Origin: Candidatus Brocadiia bacterium
GTDB lineage: Bacteria; Planctomycetota; Brocadiia; CAIUPP01
Reading direction: 5' to 3'
Length of the DNA stretch: 64,000 bases
Assembly: GCA_052139675.1 (NCBI GenBank)
Contig: JBKQWE010000033.1
Coordinates: forward strand, 12,122-76,121
Below are positions 1 through 9,772 of the stretch, one piece after another (within the stretch, counting starts at the first letter, position 1; the number at the start of each line of letters is the position of its first letter). The notes under the pieces were generated by a model that saw only the letters and a program-made list of their open reading frames with translations, had not been told where the DNA came from and did not search any database. A program made the position numbers and the translations under genes.

Positions 1-1044
1 CCGGGATTCTGCCGGGCGAACTCGTGGCTGCCCATTGCCCTGGGCGGCGAGGCGACGCTGTACTGGCTCTGGCGCGCGCACCGGGCGGGACAGGAACTCA
101 TGCACGGCTCGGTCGTCTCCAGCGCGGGACGCCCGCTGCACATCTTCGGCGAAGTGCAGGAGATCGCCGCGGGGCTGAAGGCCGCCGCCGGTTTCCTCAA
201 CGGCACGCGTCCGGTGCGCACGGGCCTGGCGCTGCATTACTCGGGGCTGGCTTACTGGATGTTCGAGTTCCAGCCGATCATCCGGGAATTCAAGTACACC
301 AACGCGATGGTCAACAACGTCTATCACCCGATGATCCAGGCGCAACTCCGGCCCGACCTCCTCGACGCACAGGCGGACCTGTCGGGGTACAAGCTCCTCT
401 TCTCGCCTTTCCTGCCGACGCTCGACGAAGGGGACCTGCGCGAACGGCTGCGCAAATGGATCGAGGCCGGCGGCGTCTGGATCGCCGGGCCCTTCACCGA
501 TATCCGCGACCGGCACGCCGCCAAGTTCCCTCACGCGCCGTATGGCTCGCTGGAGGAGTGGGCGGGCGTGCGCTGCAAATACGAAATCCCGGGCGACGCG
601 CGGCCATTCTCGCTCGTGTGGAATGATAAGCGCGAATCGCAGGGAACGCTCTGGTACGACTCCTACGAACTGCGCGGCGCGAAGCCGCTGGCGACCTATG
701 TCGAAGGACCCATGAAAGGCCTGGCCGCCGTCGCCGAGAGGCGCATGGGCAAGGGACGGATCATCCTCCTCGGCACGCTTCCCGGCGAGCAGGACTTGCA
801 GCGGTTGCTCCTCGACGCCGCTGCGGAGGCGCGCGTCGGCCCCGTCGCCGAGGCCTCGGCGAACCTTCTCGTCGTCCCGCGCAAAGGCCGCACGGCTGAG
901 GGCCTTATCGCCGTCGAGTTGTCGAACCAGCCGGCCACGCTCAAGCTGCAGCGCCCGGCCGTCGAGTTGCTCACCCGGCGGCGCTGCGAGGGAACGCTGG
1001 AAGTTCAGCCGTACGGCGTGGCCGTCTTGAAATACACTCGGTAA
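1..1044 (+). CDS. beta-galactosidase, GH42 family, C-terminal portion (5' end lies outside the window)
   Basis: Frame of ORF 100..1044 is open back to nt 1 (PGFCRANSWLPIALGGEATLYWLW...). The ELMHGSV region and the following Rossmann-like trimerisation domain (GKGRIILLGTLP) and C-terminal beta domain resemble GH42 architecture. No internal start required. Confidence 0.55.
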   Translation, partial: PGFCRANSWLPIALGGEATLYWLWRAHRAGQELMHGSVVSSAGRPLHIFGEVQEIAAGLKAAAGFLNGTRPVRTGLALHYSGLAYWMFEFQPIIREFKYTNAMVNNVYHPMIQAQLRPDLLDAQADLSGYKLLFSPFLPTLDEGDLRERLRKWIEAGGVWIAGPFTDIRDRHAAKFPHAPYGSLEEWAGVRCKYEIPGDARPFSLVWNDKRESQGTLWYDSYELRGAKPLATYVEGPMKGLAAVAERRMGKGRIILLGTLPGEQDLQRLLLDAAAEARVGPVAEASANLLVVPRKGRTAEGLIAVELSNQPATLKLQRPAVELLTRRRCEGTLEVQPYGVAVLKYTR

Positions 1045-1136
1045 GATGCAGTCGGTTATCGGACATGGGCGAGCCGGCGCACGATTTCCAGCGGCGCCTG
1101 GACGCGGCCTGACATGCGAAAGGAATGAACTGAAAG

Positions 1137-3710
1137 ATGAGAAAAATTCTGGCGGTGCTGTCGGTATTCGTCCTGGCGTGTTGCCGAACCGGCGCGGCGC
1201 AATCACCTGCGCCGGAACCGGCCGTCAAAGCGCAGGACACCCAGGGAACGCCGGACGAACGGGCGGACCAGTTGCTGAAACAGTTGACGCTGGAGGAGAA
1301 GATGCAACTGGTCGGTGGGGACGGTTTTGCGACGCACCCGATCGAGCGGCTGGGAATCGGCGCGTTCTACATGTCCGACGGTCCGCAGGGCGTTCGGAAC
1401 GGTCCCGGCGATCCGGAGCCGCGCGCCTGCGCTTTTCCGGCGGGCGCGGCGTTGGCGGCGACGTGGGACGTTGACCTGGCCGCGGCTTACGGCCGGGCGA
1501 TCGGCCTGGAAGGGCGGGCACGGGGAACTCATTTCCAGCTTGGGCCCGGGCTCAATATCTGCCGCGTGCCCGTCAATGGCCGCAACTTCGAGTACTTCGG
1601 CGAGGATCCTTACCTGGCGTCCGTCATCGCGGCCAACTGGGTGAAACAATGCTCGGCGCAAGGGGTGGTTCCGACGATCAAGCATTTCGCGGCCAACAAT
1701 CAGGAGACCAACCGGAGCTCGGTGGACGCGGAGGTTGACGAACGCACGATGCAGGAGATTTATCTGCCCGCGTTCAGGAAGGCGGCGCTCGAGGGCGGCA
1801 ACGTCGCGGTGATGTGCTCCTATAACCGTCTCAACGGCCATTACGCGAGCAATAACGACTGGCTGCTGAACCGGACGCTCAAGCAGCAGTGGGGCTTCAA
1901 GGGGCTGGTGATGTCCGACTGGGGCGCGTCGCACTCGGTCACGGACCTGGCCATGGGGCTCGACCTGGAAATGCCCCGAGGCGACCACCTCTCCGCAGAG
2001 AACATTGCCGCCGCATTGGCGGCCGGCACGATCAAGCCATCGGACCTCGACGGGGCCGTGCATCGCATCCTGCGCACCGCCGCGGCTGAAGGCTGGCTCG
2101 ATGCCGGCTGGAAGCAGAAGAATGCCGCTCTGCCGTTGGATTCCCGCGAATCGGCCGGCGTCGCATTGGATGTTGCGCGGGCATCCATCGTGCTGCTGAA
2201 GAACGACCGCGACACGTTGCCGCTGGACCGGAGCAAGCTCCAAACCATTGTCGTCCTGGGGCCCAATTCTTCGTCCGGGCCGGACCGCGTTCCGATCAAC
2301 ATCGGCGGAGGCGGCAGCGGCTACGTGACGCCGTTCGACGCGCGCATACCCGAGGCCGATTATCTCCTGGGGATCACTCGAGCCGCGGGAAACGGCGTGA
2401 AAGTGATCCACCTGCCGATGCCGGAGGACGCCGATCAAGCCGTGTTCGCGACGTTCGCCAACGCGCGCACGGCGCCGGACGGCCCGCCCGGACTGACGCT
2501 CACGGTCGAGGTGACGGGCGAGGGTCCGGCGGTGACGATTCCTCCATCGGTCCAGGCTTCGGTCAATGCGACCTGGGAGCGCGGGCAATTGCCGTTCGGC
2601 GTTCCGGCCGGGCGCGACGCCGCGTTCACGTGGAGCGGCGTGCTGGTTTCAGCCGAAGAAAGCGATTGGGTGGTCCTGACGGCGGGCAGGCCGGCCATTA
2701 CGGTGGATGGACGCACCATCGAGAACACCAACGGCCAGATGGTTCATTTCCAGGCGAACCGGCCGACGCCCGTCCAGATCAAGTATCGCGCCGTGGCCAA
2801 TCCGCCGGGCCGCCGCGGACGAAGCGGCGGCGGATTGACGATCAAGGTCGGCCTCCAGCCGGCGGCATCGGCGATACCGGACCTGTCCGCCGTGAAAACC
2901 GCTGACGCAGCGATTGTCTGCGTCGGGTTCAACCGCAACGCGGAGTCCGAAGGCGGGGATCGCCCGTTCGAGCTGCCCGCGCTCCAGCAATACCTCCTGT
3001 CCCGAGTCGCCGCGCTGAACCCGCGCACCATCGTCGTCAACAACAGCGGCGCGGCGGTGGGCATGACCGGTTGGCGCGAGAGCGTCGCCGCGATTCTCCA
3101 GGCGTGGTACCTCGGACAGGAAGGCGGCATCGCGATCGGGAACGTGCTGTTCGGCGATGTTAATCCGTCCGGCCGGCTCTGCTCGACGTTCGACAGGACC
3201 TTCGAGGACAATCCCGCCTTCGCGTATTATCCCGGAACGACTCCGCCGGGCGCCCATTACCCGGTCGAACCCTACACCGAAGGCATCTTCTACGGTTATC
3301 GCGGGTATGATAAGGCGAAGAAGGATCCGTTGTATCCGTTCGGATATGGCCTGAGCTACACGACGTTCCAGCTTTCCAATCTGAGGATTGAGAAAGCCGG
3401 GGCGGACGTGAAAGTTTCACTGGATGTCCGGAACACCGGCCGCCGCGCCGGGGCCGAAGTGGTGCAGATCTACGTCGGGCAGGCGAATCCTTCCGTGCCG
3501 CGCCCGTTGCGGGAACTCAAGGGATTCAGCAAGGTGATGCTCGACCCGGACCAGACCCGGCGGGTCGAAATCACTCTGCCGCAGGACGCGTTTGCATACT
3601 GGAGCCCGGACAAGAAGGATTGGACGGTGGACTCCGGCGGCCGATTCACCATCGAAGCCGGCGTATCCGAGCGCGAGATTGAGCTCAAGGACGCCATCAC
3701 AATTAACTAG
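1137..3710 (+). CDS. GH3 family beta-glucosidase/beta-xylosidase (BglX-like), secreted
   Basis: N-terminal signal peptide (MRKILAVLSVFVLACC). GH3 nucleophile region GFKGLVMSDWGA and typical GH3 N-terminal (KHFAANNQE). Large C-terminal domain with PA14-like insertion. RBS aaagga upstream. Confidence 0.85.
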   Translation: MRKILAVLSVFVLACCRTGAAQSPAPEPAVKAQDTQGTPDERADQLLKQLTLEEKMQLVGGDGFATHPIERLGIGAFYMSDGPQGVRNGPGDPEPRACAFPAGAALAATWDVDLAAAYGRAIGLEGRARGTHFQLGPGLNICRVPVNGRNFEYFGEDPYLASVIAANWVKQCSAQGVVPTIKHFAANNQETNRSSVDAEVDERTMQEIYLPAFRKAALEGGNVAVMCSYNRLNGHYASNNDWLLNRTLKQQWGFKGLVMSDWGASHSVTDLAMGLDLEMPRGDHLSAENIAAALAAGTIKPSDLDGAVHRILRTAAAEGWLDAGWKQKNAALPLDSRESAGVALDVARASIVLLKNDRDTLPLDRSKLQTIVVLGPNSSSGPDRVPINIGGGGSGYVTPFDARIPEADYLLGITRAAGNGVKVIHLPMPEDADQAVFATFANARTAPDGPPGLTLTVEVTGEGPAVTIPPSVQASVNATWERGQLPFGVPAGRDAAFTWSGVLVSAEESDWVVLTAGRPAITVDGRTIENTNGQMVHFQANRPTPVQIKYRAVANPPGRRGRSGGGLTIKVGLQPAASAIPDLSAVKTADAAIVCVGFNRNAESEGGDRPFELPALQQYLLSRVAALNPRTIVVNNSGAAVGMTGWRESVAAILQAWYLGQEGGIAIGNVLFGDVNPSGRLCSTFDRTFEDNPAFAYYPGTTPPGAHYPVEPYTEGIFYGYRGYDKAKKDPLYPFGYGLSYTTFQLSNLRIEKAGADVKVSLDVRNTGRRAGAEVVQIYVGQANPSVPRPLRELKGFSKVMLDPDQTRRVEITLPQDAFAYWSPDKKDWTVDSGGRFTIEAGVSEREIELKDAITIN

Positions 3711-3720
3711 AAGCCGTTTC

Positions 3721-3750
3721 AGGCCCTGCCCGGCATCAGGGCCTTTTCAA
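3721..3750 (+). terminator. putative Rho-independent terminator downstream of GH3 gene
   Basis: aggccctg-cccggcat-cagggcct followed by tttt. 8-bp GC-rich stem, 8-nt loop, T-run. Sits 11 nt after the GH3 stop. Confidence 0.5.
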
Positions 3751-3762
3751 AGGGTTGAGAGG

Positions 3763-5991
3763 ATGATAAGACAACTTCTCATTGTCGCTTTTCTGGCTGC
3801 GGCGGCGCCGGCGCATGCGGAACAACCGGATGCGAAGGTGGTGGCCGGCGACGCGCGGTTTACGGTCATCGCGCCGGAGTGCATTCGGATCGAATATGCA
3901 AAGGACGGCAAGTTCGTGGACGACAAGTCCATGTTCGCCGTCGAACGCGACGCCGCCTGGAATGATTTCAAATTGAGCCGCGACGGCAACGACGTGGTCA
4001 TAGACACCGGAAAAATCCGGCTGCGATACCATTCCGACGACAAGCCGTTCAACCCGGAGAACCTGCACGCGCAGATCGCGCGAGGCAAAGACTGGGTGGA
4101 GTGGCAACCCGGCGCGAAGAACCGGGAGAACCTGGGCGGAACGATCCGCACGCTGGACGGCGTGAAGGGCCCGGTGGACCTGGGCGACGGCGTGTTGTCG
4201 CGCGACGGCTGGTACCTGCTCGATGATTCGCAAACCCCTCTGCTGACGGACGACTGGGTCCGGGAGCGCCCGGAAAACGGAAGCACGGACTGGTATCTTT
4301 TCGGCTACGGGACCGATTACAAGGCGGCGTTGAAGGCCCTCACGCGCATCGGCGGCGCGGTGCCGCTCCCGCGGAAGTACGTCCTCGGCGCATGGTACTC
4401 CCGGTACTGGCCGTACACGGCGCAGGATTTCCGGGATATTGTGGATGGGTACCGCCAGCACGATTTCCCGCTCGATGTCGTCGTCATGGATATGGACTGG
4501 CACATCACGCACCTGCCCGGCTCGACCCGCCGGGGCCAGATATGGACCGGCTACACCTGGGACCGGGGACTCATCCCCGATCCGGAAGGGCTGCTGAAAT
4601 GGTTCCATCAGCAGGGGCTCCACGTGACGCTGAACGACCATCCGGCCGACGGCGTGCAGCCTCACGAAGAGATGTACGCCGATTTCATGAAGGCCATGGG
4701 AGCGGATCCCGCCACGCAGCAGACGTTGCCGTTCGACGCCGGCAACAAAGAGTACCTGGACACTTTCTATCACTACACGCACGACCCCCTGGAACAGGAG
4801 GGCGTGGATTTCTGGTGGCTGGACTGGCAGCAATTCGCCGACACGCGCAGTCTGCCGCATTTGACCAACCTGGCCTGGTTGAACGAGTACTATTATCGCC
4901 GCTCGAGCCGGGGCGACCTGCGCGGCCAGGATTTCAGCCGCTGGGCCGGCTGGGGCGATCATCGCCATCCGATCCATTTCTCCGGCGACGCGGACACCGG
5001 CTGGAATATGCTCGCGTTCGAGGTGCCGTTCACCTCCACCGCCGGGAACGTCGGGTGCTTCTTCTGGTCGCACGACATCGGCGGGCACATGGGCGGCCGC
5101 AACGAGGAAAGCTACACGCGCTGGGTCCAGTTCGGCGCCACCTCGGCGGCCCTGCGCTCGCATTCCACCCGCGCGGCGGACATGGACCGCCGGCCGTGGA
5201 CGTACAGCCGGCAGGCGGAAGACTCGATGCGCATCAGCTTCCACCTGCGCTCCGAACTGTTCCCCTATATTTATTCCAGCGCCTGGGAGAGCTGCGCGGA
5301 GTCGGTGCCGCTCAACCGGCCGATGTACGTCGAGTTCCCCGGCAGCGAAGAGGCCTACCGGAATCCGCAGGAGTACTTCTTCGGCGACAACCTGCTGGTC
5401 GCGCCGATCACCTCGCCCGGCCAGGGTCCGGACAAGATCGCGCAGCAGACGGTCTGGTTCCCGCCCGGCGAATGGTACGATTGGTTCACCGGGCGGCATT
5501 TCTCCGGGGAACGGACCGAGACGGTCTCGGCGGACATCAACCGGTTCCCGCTGTATGCCCGAGGAGGCGTGCCGATCCCCTTGCAGCCGTATACGCAGCG
5601 AATGACCACGGCCGCGCTCAACCAACTGGTGGTCCGCTGCTACCCGGGAGCGGACGGGCAGAGCGCCAGCACGACGCTGTACGAAGACGACGGAGTGACG
5701 ACCCGGTATCAAAGGGGAGAATCGTCGCAGACCGTGCTGACGTACCGGCGCTCGAAGAACAAGGTGACGGTGACCCTGTCGCCGCCGAAGGGCAGTTATG
5801 CGGGCCAGCCCGAGGAGCGATCCTGCCTCGTGGAACTGCGCGAGACCGCCAAGCCGCGCGACATCGCGGTCAAGCGCGGGCGGCTCAACGCGGACTATTT
5901 CATGGACTACGATGAGCGCACCCGCACGGTTCACGTCAGGATAACTCCCCGGCCGATTCACGAGGAGGTGACGGTTTCGGTTGACTTCTGA
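3763..5991 (+). CDS. glycoside hydrolase family 31 protein (alpha-xylosidase/alpha-glucosidase-like), secreted
   Basis: Chosen start MIRQLLIVAFLAAAAPAHA (signal peptide) in frame with ORF 3592. GH31-like catalytic region HDFPLDVVVMDMDWH ... GVDFWWLDWQQ and C-terminal TLYEDDG motif typical of GH31 distal beta-sandwich. The upstream 57 codons of the track ORF have no signal or RBS. Confidence 0.7.
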   Translation: MIRQLLIVAFLAAAAPAHAEQPDAKVVAGDARFTVIAPECIRIEYAKDGKFVDDKSMFAVERDAAWNDFKLSRDGNDVVIDTGKIRLRYHSDDKPFNPENLHAQIARGKDWVEWQPGAKNRENLGGTIRTLDGVKGPVDLGDGVLSRDGWYLLDDSQTPLLTDDWVRERPENGSTDWYLFGYGTDYKAALKALTRIGGAVPLPRKYVLGAWYSRYWPYTAQDFRDIVDGYRQHDFPLDVVVMDMDWHITHLPGSTRRGQIWTGYTWDRGLIPDPEGLLKWFHQQGLHVTLNDHPADGVQPHEEMYADFMKAMGADPATQQTLPFDAGNKEYLDTFYHYTHDPLEQEGVDFWWLDWQQFADTRSLPHLTNLAWLNEYYYRRSSRGDLRGQDFSRWAGWGDHRHPIHFSGDADTGWNMLAFEVPFTSTAGNVGCFFWSHDIGGHMGGRNEESYTRWVQFGATSAALRSHSTRAADMDRRPWTYSRQAEDSMRISFHLRSELFPYIYSSAWESCAESVPLNRPMYVEFPGSEEAYRNPQEYFFGDNLLVAPITSPGQGPDKIAQQTVWFPPGEWYDWFTGRHFSGERTETVSADINRFPLYARGGVPIPLQPYTQRMTTAALNQLVVRCYPGADGQSASTTLYEDDGVTTRYQRGESSQTVLTYRRSKNKVTVTLSPPKGSYAGQPEERSCLVELRETAKPRDIAVKRGRLNADYFMDYDERTRTVHVRITPRPIHEEVTVSVDF

Positions 5992-6045
5992 TCCGGTCTT
6001 CGAAACGCGCGCGGCGGATGGTCAGGGTAACACAGGAGGATACAC

Positions 6046-7074
6046 GTGAAAGAGCGGCTGCTCGCGTTCGCGGCGATTGCGTTGGTGTTCGCCGCCACCG
6101 GCTGCGAGAGATCCCCGGCGAAACCGAAGATCGGCGTCGCGATCTATAAATTCGACGACACCTTCATGTCCTACGTGCGCAACAAGATCGAGTCGGCCGC
6201 GAATGGCCGCATCGAGCTCTCCGTGCAGGACAGCCAGTACGATCAGCCGAAGCAGAACGACCAGATTGACCAGTTCCTGGCCGAGGGCTGCACCGCTCTC
6301 GCCGTCAACCTGGTGGACCCTTCCGCCGTATCGGTCATCATCGAGAAGGCGAGAGCGAAAAACGTCCCTCTCGTGCTTTTCAACCGCGAGCCGGCCGCCG
6401 CGGATATGGCGAAGTGGGACAAGGTGTACTACGTCGGCGCGAAGGCCCAGCAGTCCGGAACTTTTCAAGGCGAGATCATCGCGGATTATTGGAAAACGCA
6501 TCCCGCCGCCGACCTCAACAAGGACGGAAAGCTCCAGTACGTGATGCTGATCGGCGACCCGAGCAACACCGACGCGAAGTTCCGCACCGAGTACTCGATC
6601 AAGGCGGTCGAAGCCGCCGGAATCCCCGTTGAAAAGCTCGCCGAAGACACCGCGATGTGGGACCGCGTCCGAGCCCAGGAAAAGATGGCCGCCTTCCTCA
6701 CCGCCTACAGAGGCCGGATCGAAGTCGTGTTCGCCAATAACGACGACATGGCCCTGGGTGCGATCGAAGCCCTCAAGGCCGCCGGCTATTTCAAGGGCGA
6801 TAAATTCATGCCGGTCGTCGGCGTGGACGCCACGCCGCCGGCCCTCGACGCCATCGAGCAGGGCACTCTTCTCGGGACCGTCCTGAACGACGCCGAACGG
6901 CAGGGGCTCGCCACGTATGAACTGGCCTATGCCCTGGCCACGGGCGCGAAAGAAGTCAAGACCAGTGTGGCGCCGCTCGCGGACCAGGACGGCAAAGCCT
7001 CGGCCGCCGGCCGGTACATCTGGGTGCCGTACGTGAAGGTCACCCGGGACAACTTCAAGCAATTCAAGAAATGA
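6046..7074 (+). CDS. mglB: galactose/glucose ABC transporter substrate-binding lipoprotein MglB
   Basis: GTG start with AGGAGG 7 nt upstream. Lipobox AATGC. Periplasmic-binding-protein type I fold sequence (KIGVAIYKFDDTFMSYVRN ... NDDMALGAIEALKAAG). Followed directly by mglA and mglC. Confidence 0.8.
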   Translation: MKERLLAFAAIALVFAATGCERSPAKPKIGVAIYKFDDTFMSYVRNKIESAANGRIELSVQDSQYDQPKQNDQIDQFLAEGCTALAVNLVDPSAVSVIIEKARAKNVPLVLFNREPAAADMAKWDKVYYVGAKAQQSGTFQGEIIADYWKTHPAADLNKDGKLQYVMLIGDPSNTDAKFRTEYSIKAVEAAGIPVEKLAEDTAMWDRVRAQEKMAAFLTAYRGRIEVVFANNDDMALGAIEALKAAGYFKGDKFMPVVGVDATPPALDAIEQGTLLGTVLNDAERQGLATYELAYALATGAKEVKTSVAPLADQDGKASAAGRYIWVPYVKVTRDNFKQFKK

Positions 7075-7171
7075 ATATCGTGCGGATTTGAGGCGCTCGA
7101 TTCCTTGAACAAAGGATGTGCGCTTCGACGCACACCCTTTTTTACGTCTCATAAGGGGACGCGACCGCGCC

Positions 7172-8686
7172 ATGGCCGGCGGCGAATTCATCCTCGAGAT
7201 GCGCCATATCTCCAAGACTTTCCCGGGCGTCAAAGCGCTCGATGACGTTTCGATTCAAGTCCGCGCCGGCTCGGTCCATGCGCTCATGGGAGAGAACGGC
7301 GCCGGAAAATCCACGCTGATGAAGTGCCTCTTCGGCCTCTACGTTCCCGACCAGGGAAAGATCGTGCTGGACGGCAAGCCCGTGTCTTTCGATTCCACGA
7401 GCCAGGCGTTGGACTCGGGGATATCCATGATCCACCAGGAACTGCTGCCCGTTCCATTCCGAAGCGTCATGGAAAACCTCTGGCTGGGAAGGTTTCCTCT
7501 TAAGAATTACGGCGTCGTGAAGCTGGTGGACCACAAGAAGATGTACGCGGATACGAAAGCGGTCCTCGAGAACTTGAAATTGGACATCGCCCCGGACGCG
7601 AAGGTGCTCGATCTGTCCGTTTCGCAAATCCAGGCGATGGAAATCGCCAAGGCCATATCGTACCACTCGAAGGTGATCATCATGGACGAACCGACCTCGT
7701 CGCTCACCCAGAACGAGGTCCAGCGCCTCTTCGCGATCATCCGGAAACTGAGGAGCGAAGGCGTCGCGATCATCTACATCTCGCACAAGATCGAGGAGAT
7801 TCTGGAAATCGCGGATGAAGTGACGATCATGCGCGACGGCAGGAACGTCGGCACCTTCCATGCCAAGGAGCTGACGACCGATCTGATCATCAGCCGCATG
7901 GTCGGCCGGGACCTCACGCACCGGTTCCCGCCGAGGGAGAACATCCCCGGCGACGTGGTCATGCGCGTCGAGAACCTGACCTCGGCCGCGGAGAGATCGT
8001 TCAGGGACGTGTCCTTCGACCTCCGGAAGGGCGAGATCCTGGGCGTCGGCGGCCTCGTCGGCGCCCAGCGCACCGAGCTCGTCGAAGCGATCTTCGGCTT
8101 GCGGGACATCCGCAGCGGGAATATCCGCATCGAGGGAAAGCGCATCGAGATTCATAATCCCGTAGCGGCGAAGAAGAACCGAATGGCCCTTCTCACGGAA
8201 GACCGCAAGGCGACCGGAGTATTCTCCGTCCTTTCGGTTTTCGACAATACCCTGGTCGCCAACCTGGACCGGTATGTCCGCGGAACGCGGCTCCTCGACC
8301 AAAAACGCGGAGAATCGGACGTCAGGAAGAGCATCGCCATGCTGCGCATCAAGACGCCTTCCTCCGCGACGCCCATGGAAAACCTCTCGGGCGGCAACCA
8401 GCAGAAAGTGATCGTCGCGCGCTGGCTGTTGACCGAGCCGGAAATACTGATCCTCGACGAACCGACCCGCGGCATAGATGTCGGCGCGAAATACGAGATT
8501 TACACCCTCATTGCCGAGCTGGCGAGACGCGGGAAAAGCGTCATCATGATCTCTTCGGAAATGCCCGAGTTGATCGGCATGTCCGACCGCATCATGGTCA
8601 TGTGCGAAGGCCGGGTCACCGGCATTCTGAACGGGCAGGAAGCGACGCAGGAGCGCATCATGGCGCTCGCGACGCAGTTCACATAA
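7172..8686 (+). CDS. mglA: galactose/methyl-galactoside ABC transporter ATP-binding protein MglA (duplicated ABC ATPase)
   Basis: Strong collinear similarity to MglA recalled from E. coli (EFILEMRHISKTFPGVKALDDVSIQV..HALMGENGAGKSTLMKCLFG ... LSGGNQQKV..RWLL..PEILILDEPTRGIDVGAK). Start moved to ATG 7172 (aagggga RBS 12 nt upstream) from track ORF 7118. Confidence 0.9.
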   Translation: MAGGEFILEMRHISKTFPGVKALDDVSIQVRAGSVHALMGENGAGKSTLMKCLFGLYVPDQGKIVLDGKPVSFDSTSQALDSGISMIHQELLPVPFRSVMENLWLGRFPLKNYGVVKLVDHKKMYADTKAVLENLKLDIAPDAKVLDLSVSQIQAMEIAKAISYHSKVIIMDEPTSSLTQNEVQRLFAIIRKLRSEGVAIIYISHKIEEILEIADEVTIMRDGRNVGTFHAKELTTDLIISRMVGRDLTHRFPPRENIPGDVVMRVENLTSAAERSFRDVSFDLRKGEILGVGGLVGAQRTELVEAIFGLRDIRSGNIRIEGKRIEIHNPVAAKKNRMALLTEDRKATGVFSVLSVFDNTLVANLDRYVRGTRLLDQKRGESDVRKSIAMLRIKTPSSATPMENLSGGNQQKVIVARWLLTEPEILILDEPTRGIDVGAKYEIYTLIAELARRGKSVIMISSEMPELIGMSDRIMVMCEGRVTGILNGQEATQERIMALATQFT

Positions 8687-8699
8687 ATCAGGGACGGCG

Positions 8700-9746
8700 A
8701 TGGGAAAAACCGCGCTCGGCGACAGGCTCGGCGGCATCACCCCGCGTTCGGTGCGGGAGTTCTCCAGCCGAAACGCGATTGTCCTCGTGCTTTTCGGCAT
8801 CGTCATCATCATCGGCATCCTGAAGCCGAGCTTCCTCACCCTGGAGAACATCGGCAACATCCTCAGAATCTCGTCGGTCCGCGCCATCATCGCCCTCGGC
8901 GCCAGCGGCGTCCTCCTCAGCAAGGGCGTGGACCTCTCGGCCGGCCGGACGGTGGGCCTCGCGGCGGTCATCTCGGCGTCGTTGATCCAGCGTTCCGATT
9001 ACGCCAGCAAGCTCTATCCGCATCTGCCCGACCTGCCCCTGCTGGTCCCGATCATCGCGGGCTTGAGCGTCGGGCTGATCGTCGGCGCGTTCAACGGCTT
9101 CGTCGTGGCGCACCTCAAAGTCCCTCCGTTCATCACCACCCTGGGGACGATGACCATCGTCTGGGGCGCGGCCTCGCTCTACGTGGACCGGCCGCCGATG
9201 GGCGCCCAGCCGCTCGGCGGCCTGCGGGCGGATTTCACCAATCTCGGATCCGGCTCCCTGGGTTTCACGGATGGCTTCGCGATACCGACGATCATCCTGA
9301 TCGCCGCGGTTGTCCTGGCTCTCTATTGGATCCTGCTCAACAAAACGAGGCTCGGGAAGAACCTGTACGCGGTCGGAGGCAATTGCGACGCCGCAATCGT
9401 TTCGGGCGTGGACGTGAAGAAAACCCTCATATCGGTCTACGTCATCGCCGGCCTCCTCTACGGCCTCGGCGGAGTGCTCCTGGCCGCCCGTTCCGGCGGG
9501 GCCACCAACAACTACGGCAACATGTACGAACTGGACGCGATTGCGGCGTGCGTCATCGGCGGCGTCTCGACGAACGGCGGCATCGGGACCGCCGGCGGCG
9601 TCCTCACCGGCGTGCTGATCTTCGAGGTGCTCAACAACGGCCTCGTCGTCCTGGGCGTTTCGGCCTACTGGCAGCAGATCGCCAAGGGACTTATCATCAT
9701 CGCGGCGGTCGCGCTCGACATCAGGAAGTACACCCGGAAACGGTAA
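8700..9746 (+). CDS. mglC: galactose/methyl-galactoside ABC transporter permease MglC
   Basis: Polytopic membrane protein of the BPD transport system inner membrane family. 13 nt after the mglA stop. Conserved permease loop (NLYAVGGN..AA..SGV). Confidence 0.85.
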   Translation: MGKTALGDRLGGITPRSVREFSSRNAIVLVLFGIVIIIGILKPSFLTLENIGNILRISSVRAIIALGASGVLLSKGVDLSAGRTVGLAAVISASLIQRSDYASKLYPHLPDLPLLVPIIAGLSVGLIVGAFNGFVVAHLKVPPFITTLGTMTIVWGAASLYVDRPPMGAQPLGGLRADFTNLGSGSLGFTDGFAIPTIILIAAVVLALYWILLNKTRLGKNLYAVGGNCDAAIVSGVDVKKTLISVYVIAGLLYGLGGVLLAARSGGATNNYGNMYELDAIAACVIGGVSTNGGIGTAGGVLTGVLIFEVLNNGLVVLGVSAYWQQIAKGLIIIAAVALDIRKYTRKR

Positions 9747-9772
9747 GGTTCCATTTGTGAAGGGATCGGCGC

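Noticed and set aside
1203-2588. 461-aa minus-strand ORF inside the GH3 gene
   Set aside because: Antisense to a gene with clear GH3 motifs. Arg-rich, low-complexity translation.
3736-5961. 741-aa minus-strand ORF spanning the GH31 gene
   Set aside because: Arg/Ala/Gly/Pro/Val-dominated composition typical of antisense frames in high-GC DNA. The sense strand carries a signal peptide and GH31 motifs.
7142-8971. 609-aa minus-strand ORF across mglA/mglC
   Set aside because: Antisense to unmistakable MglA. No start context or domain.
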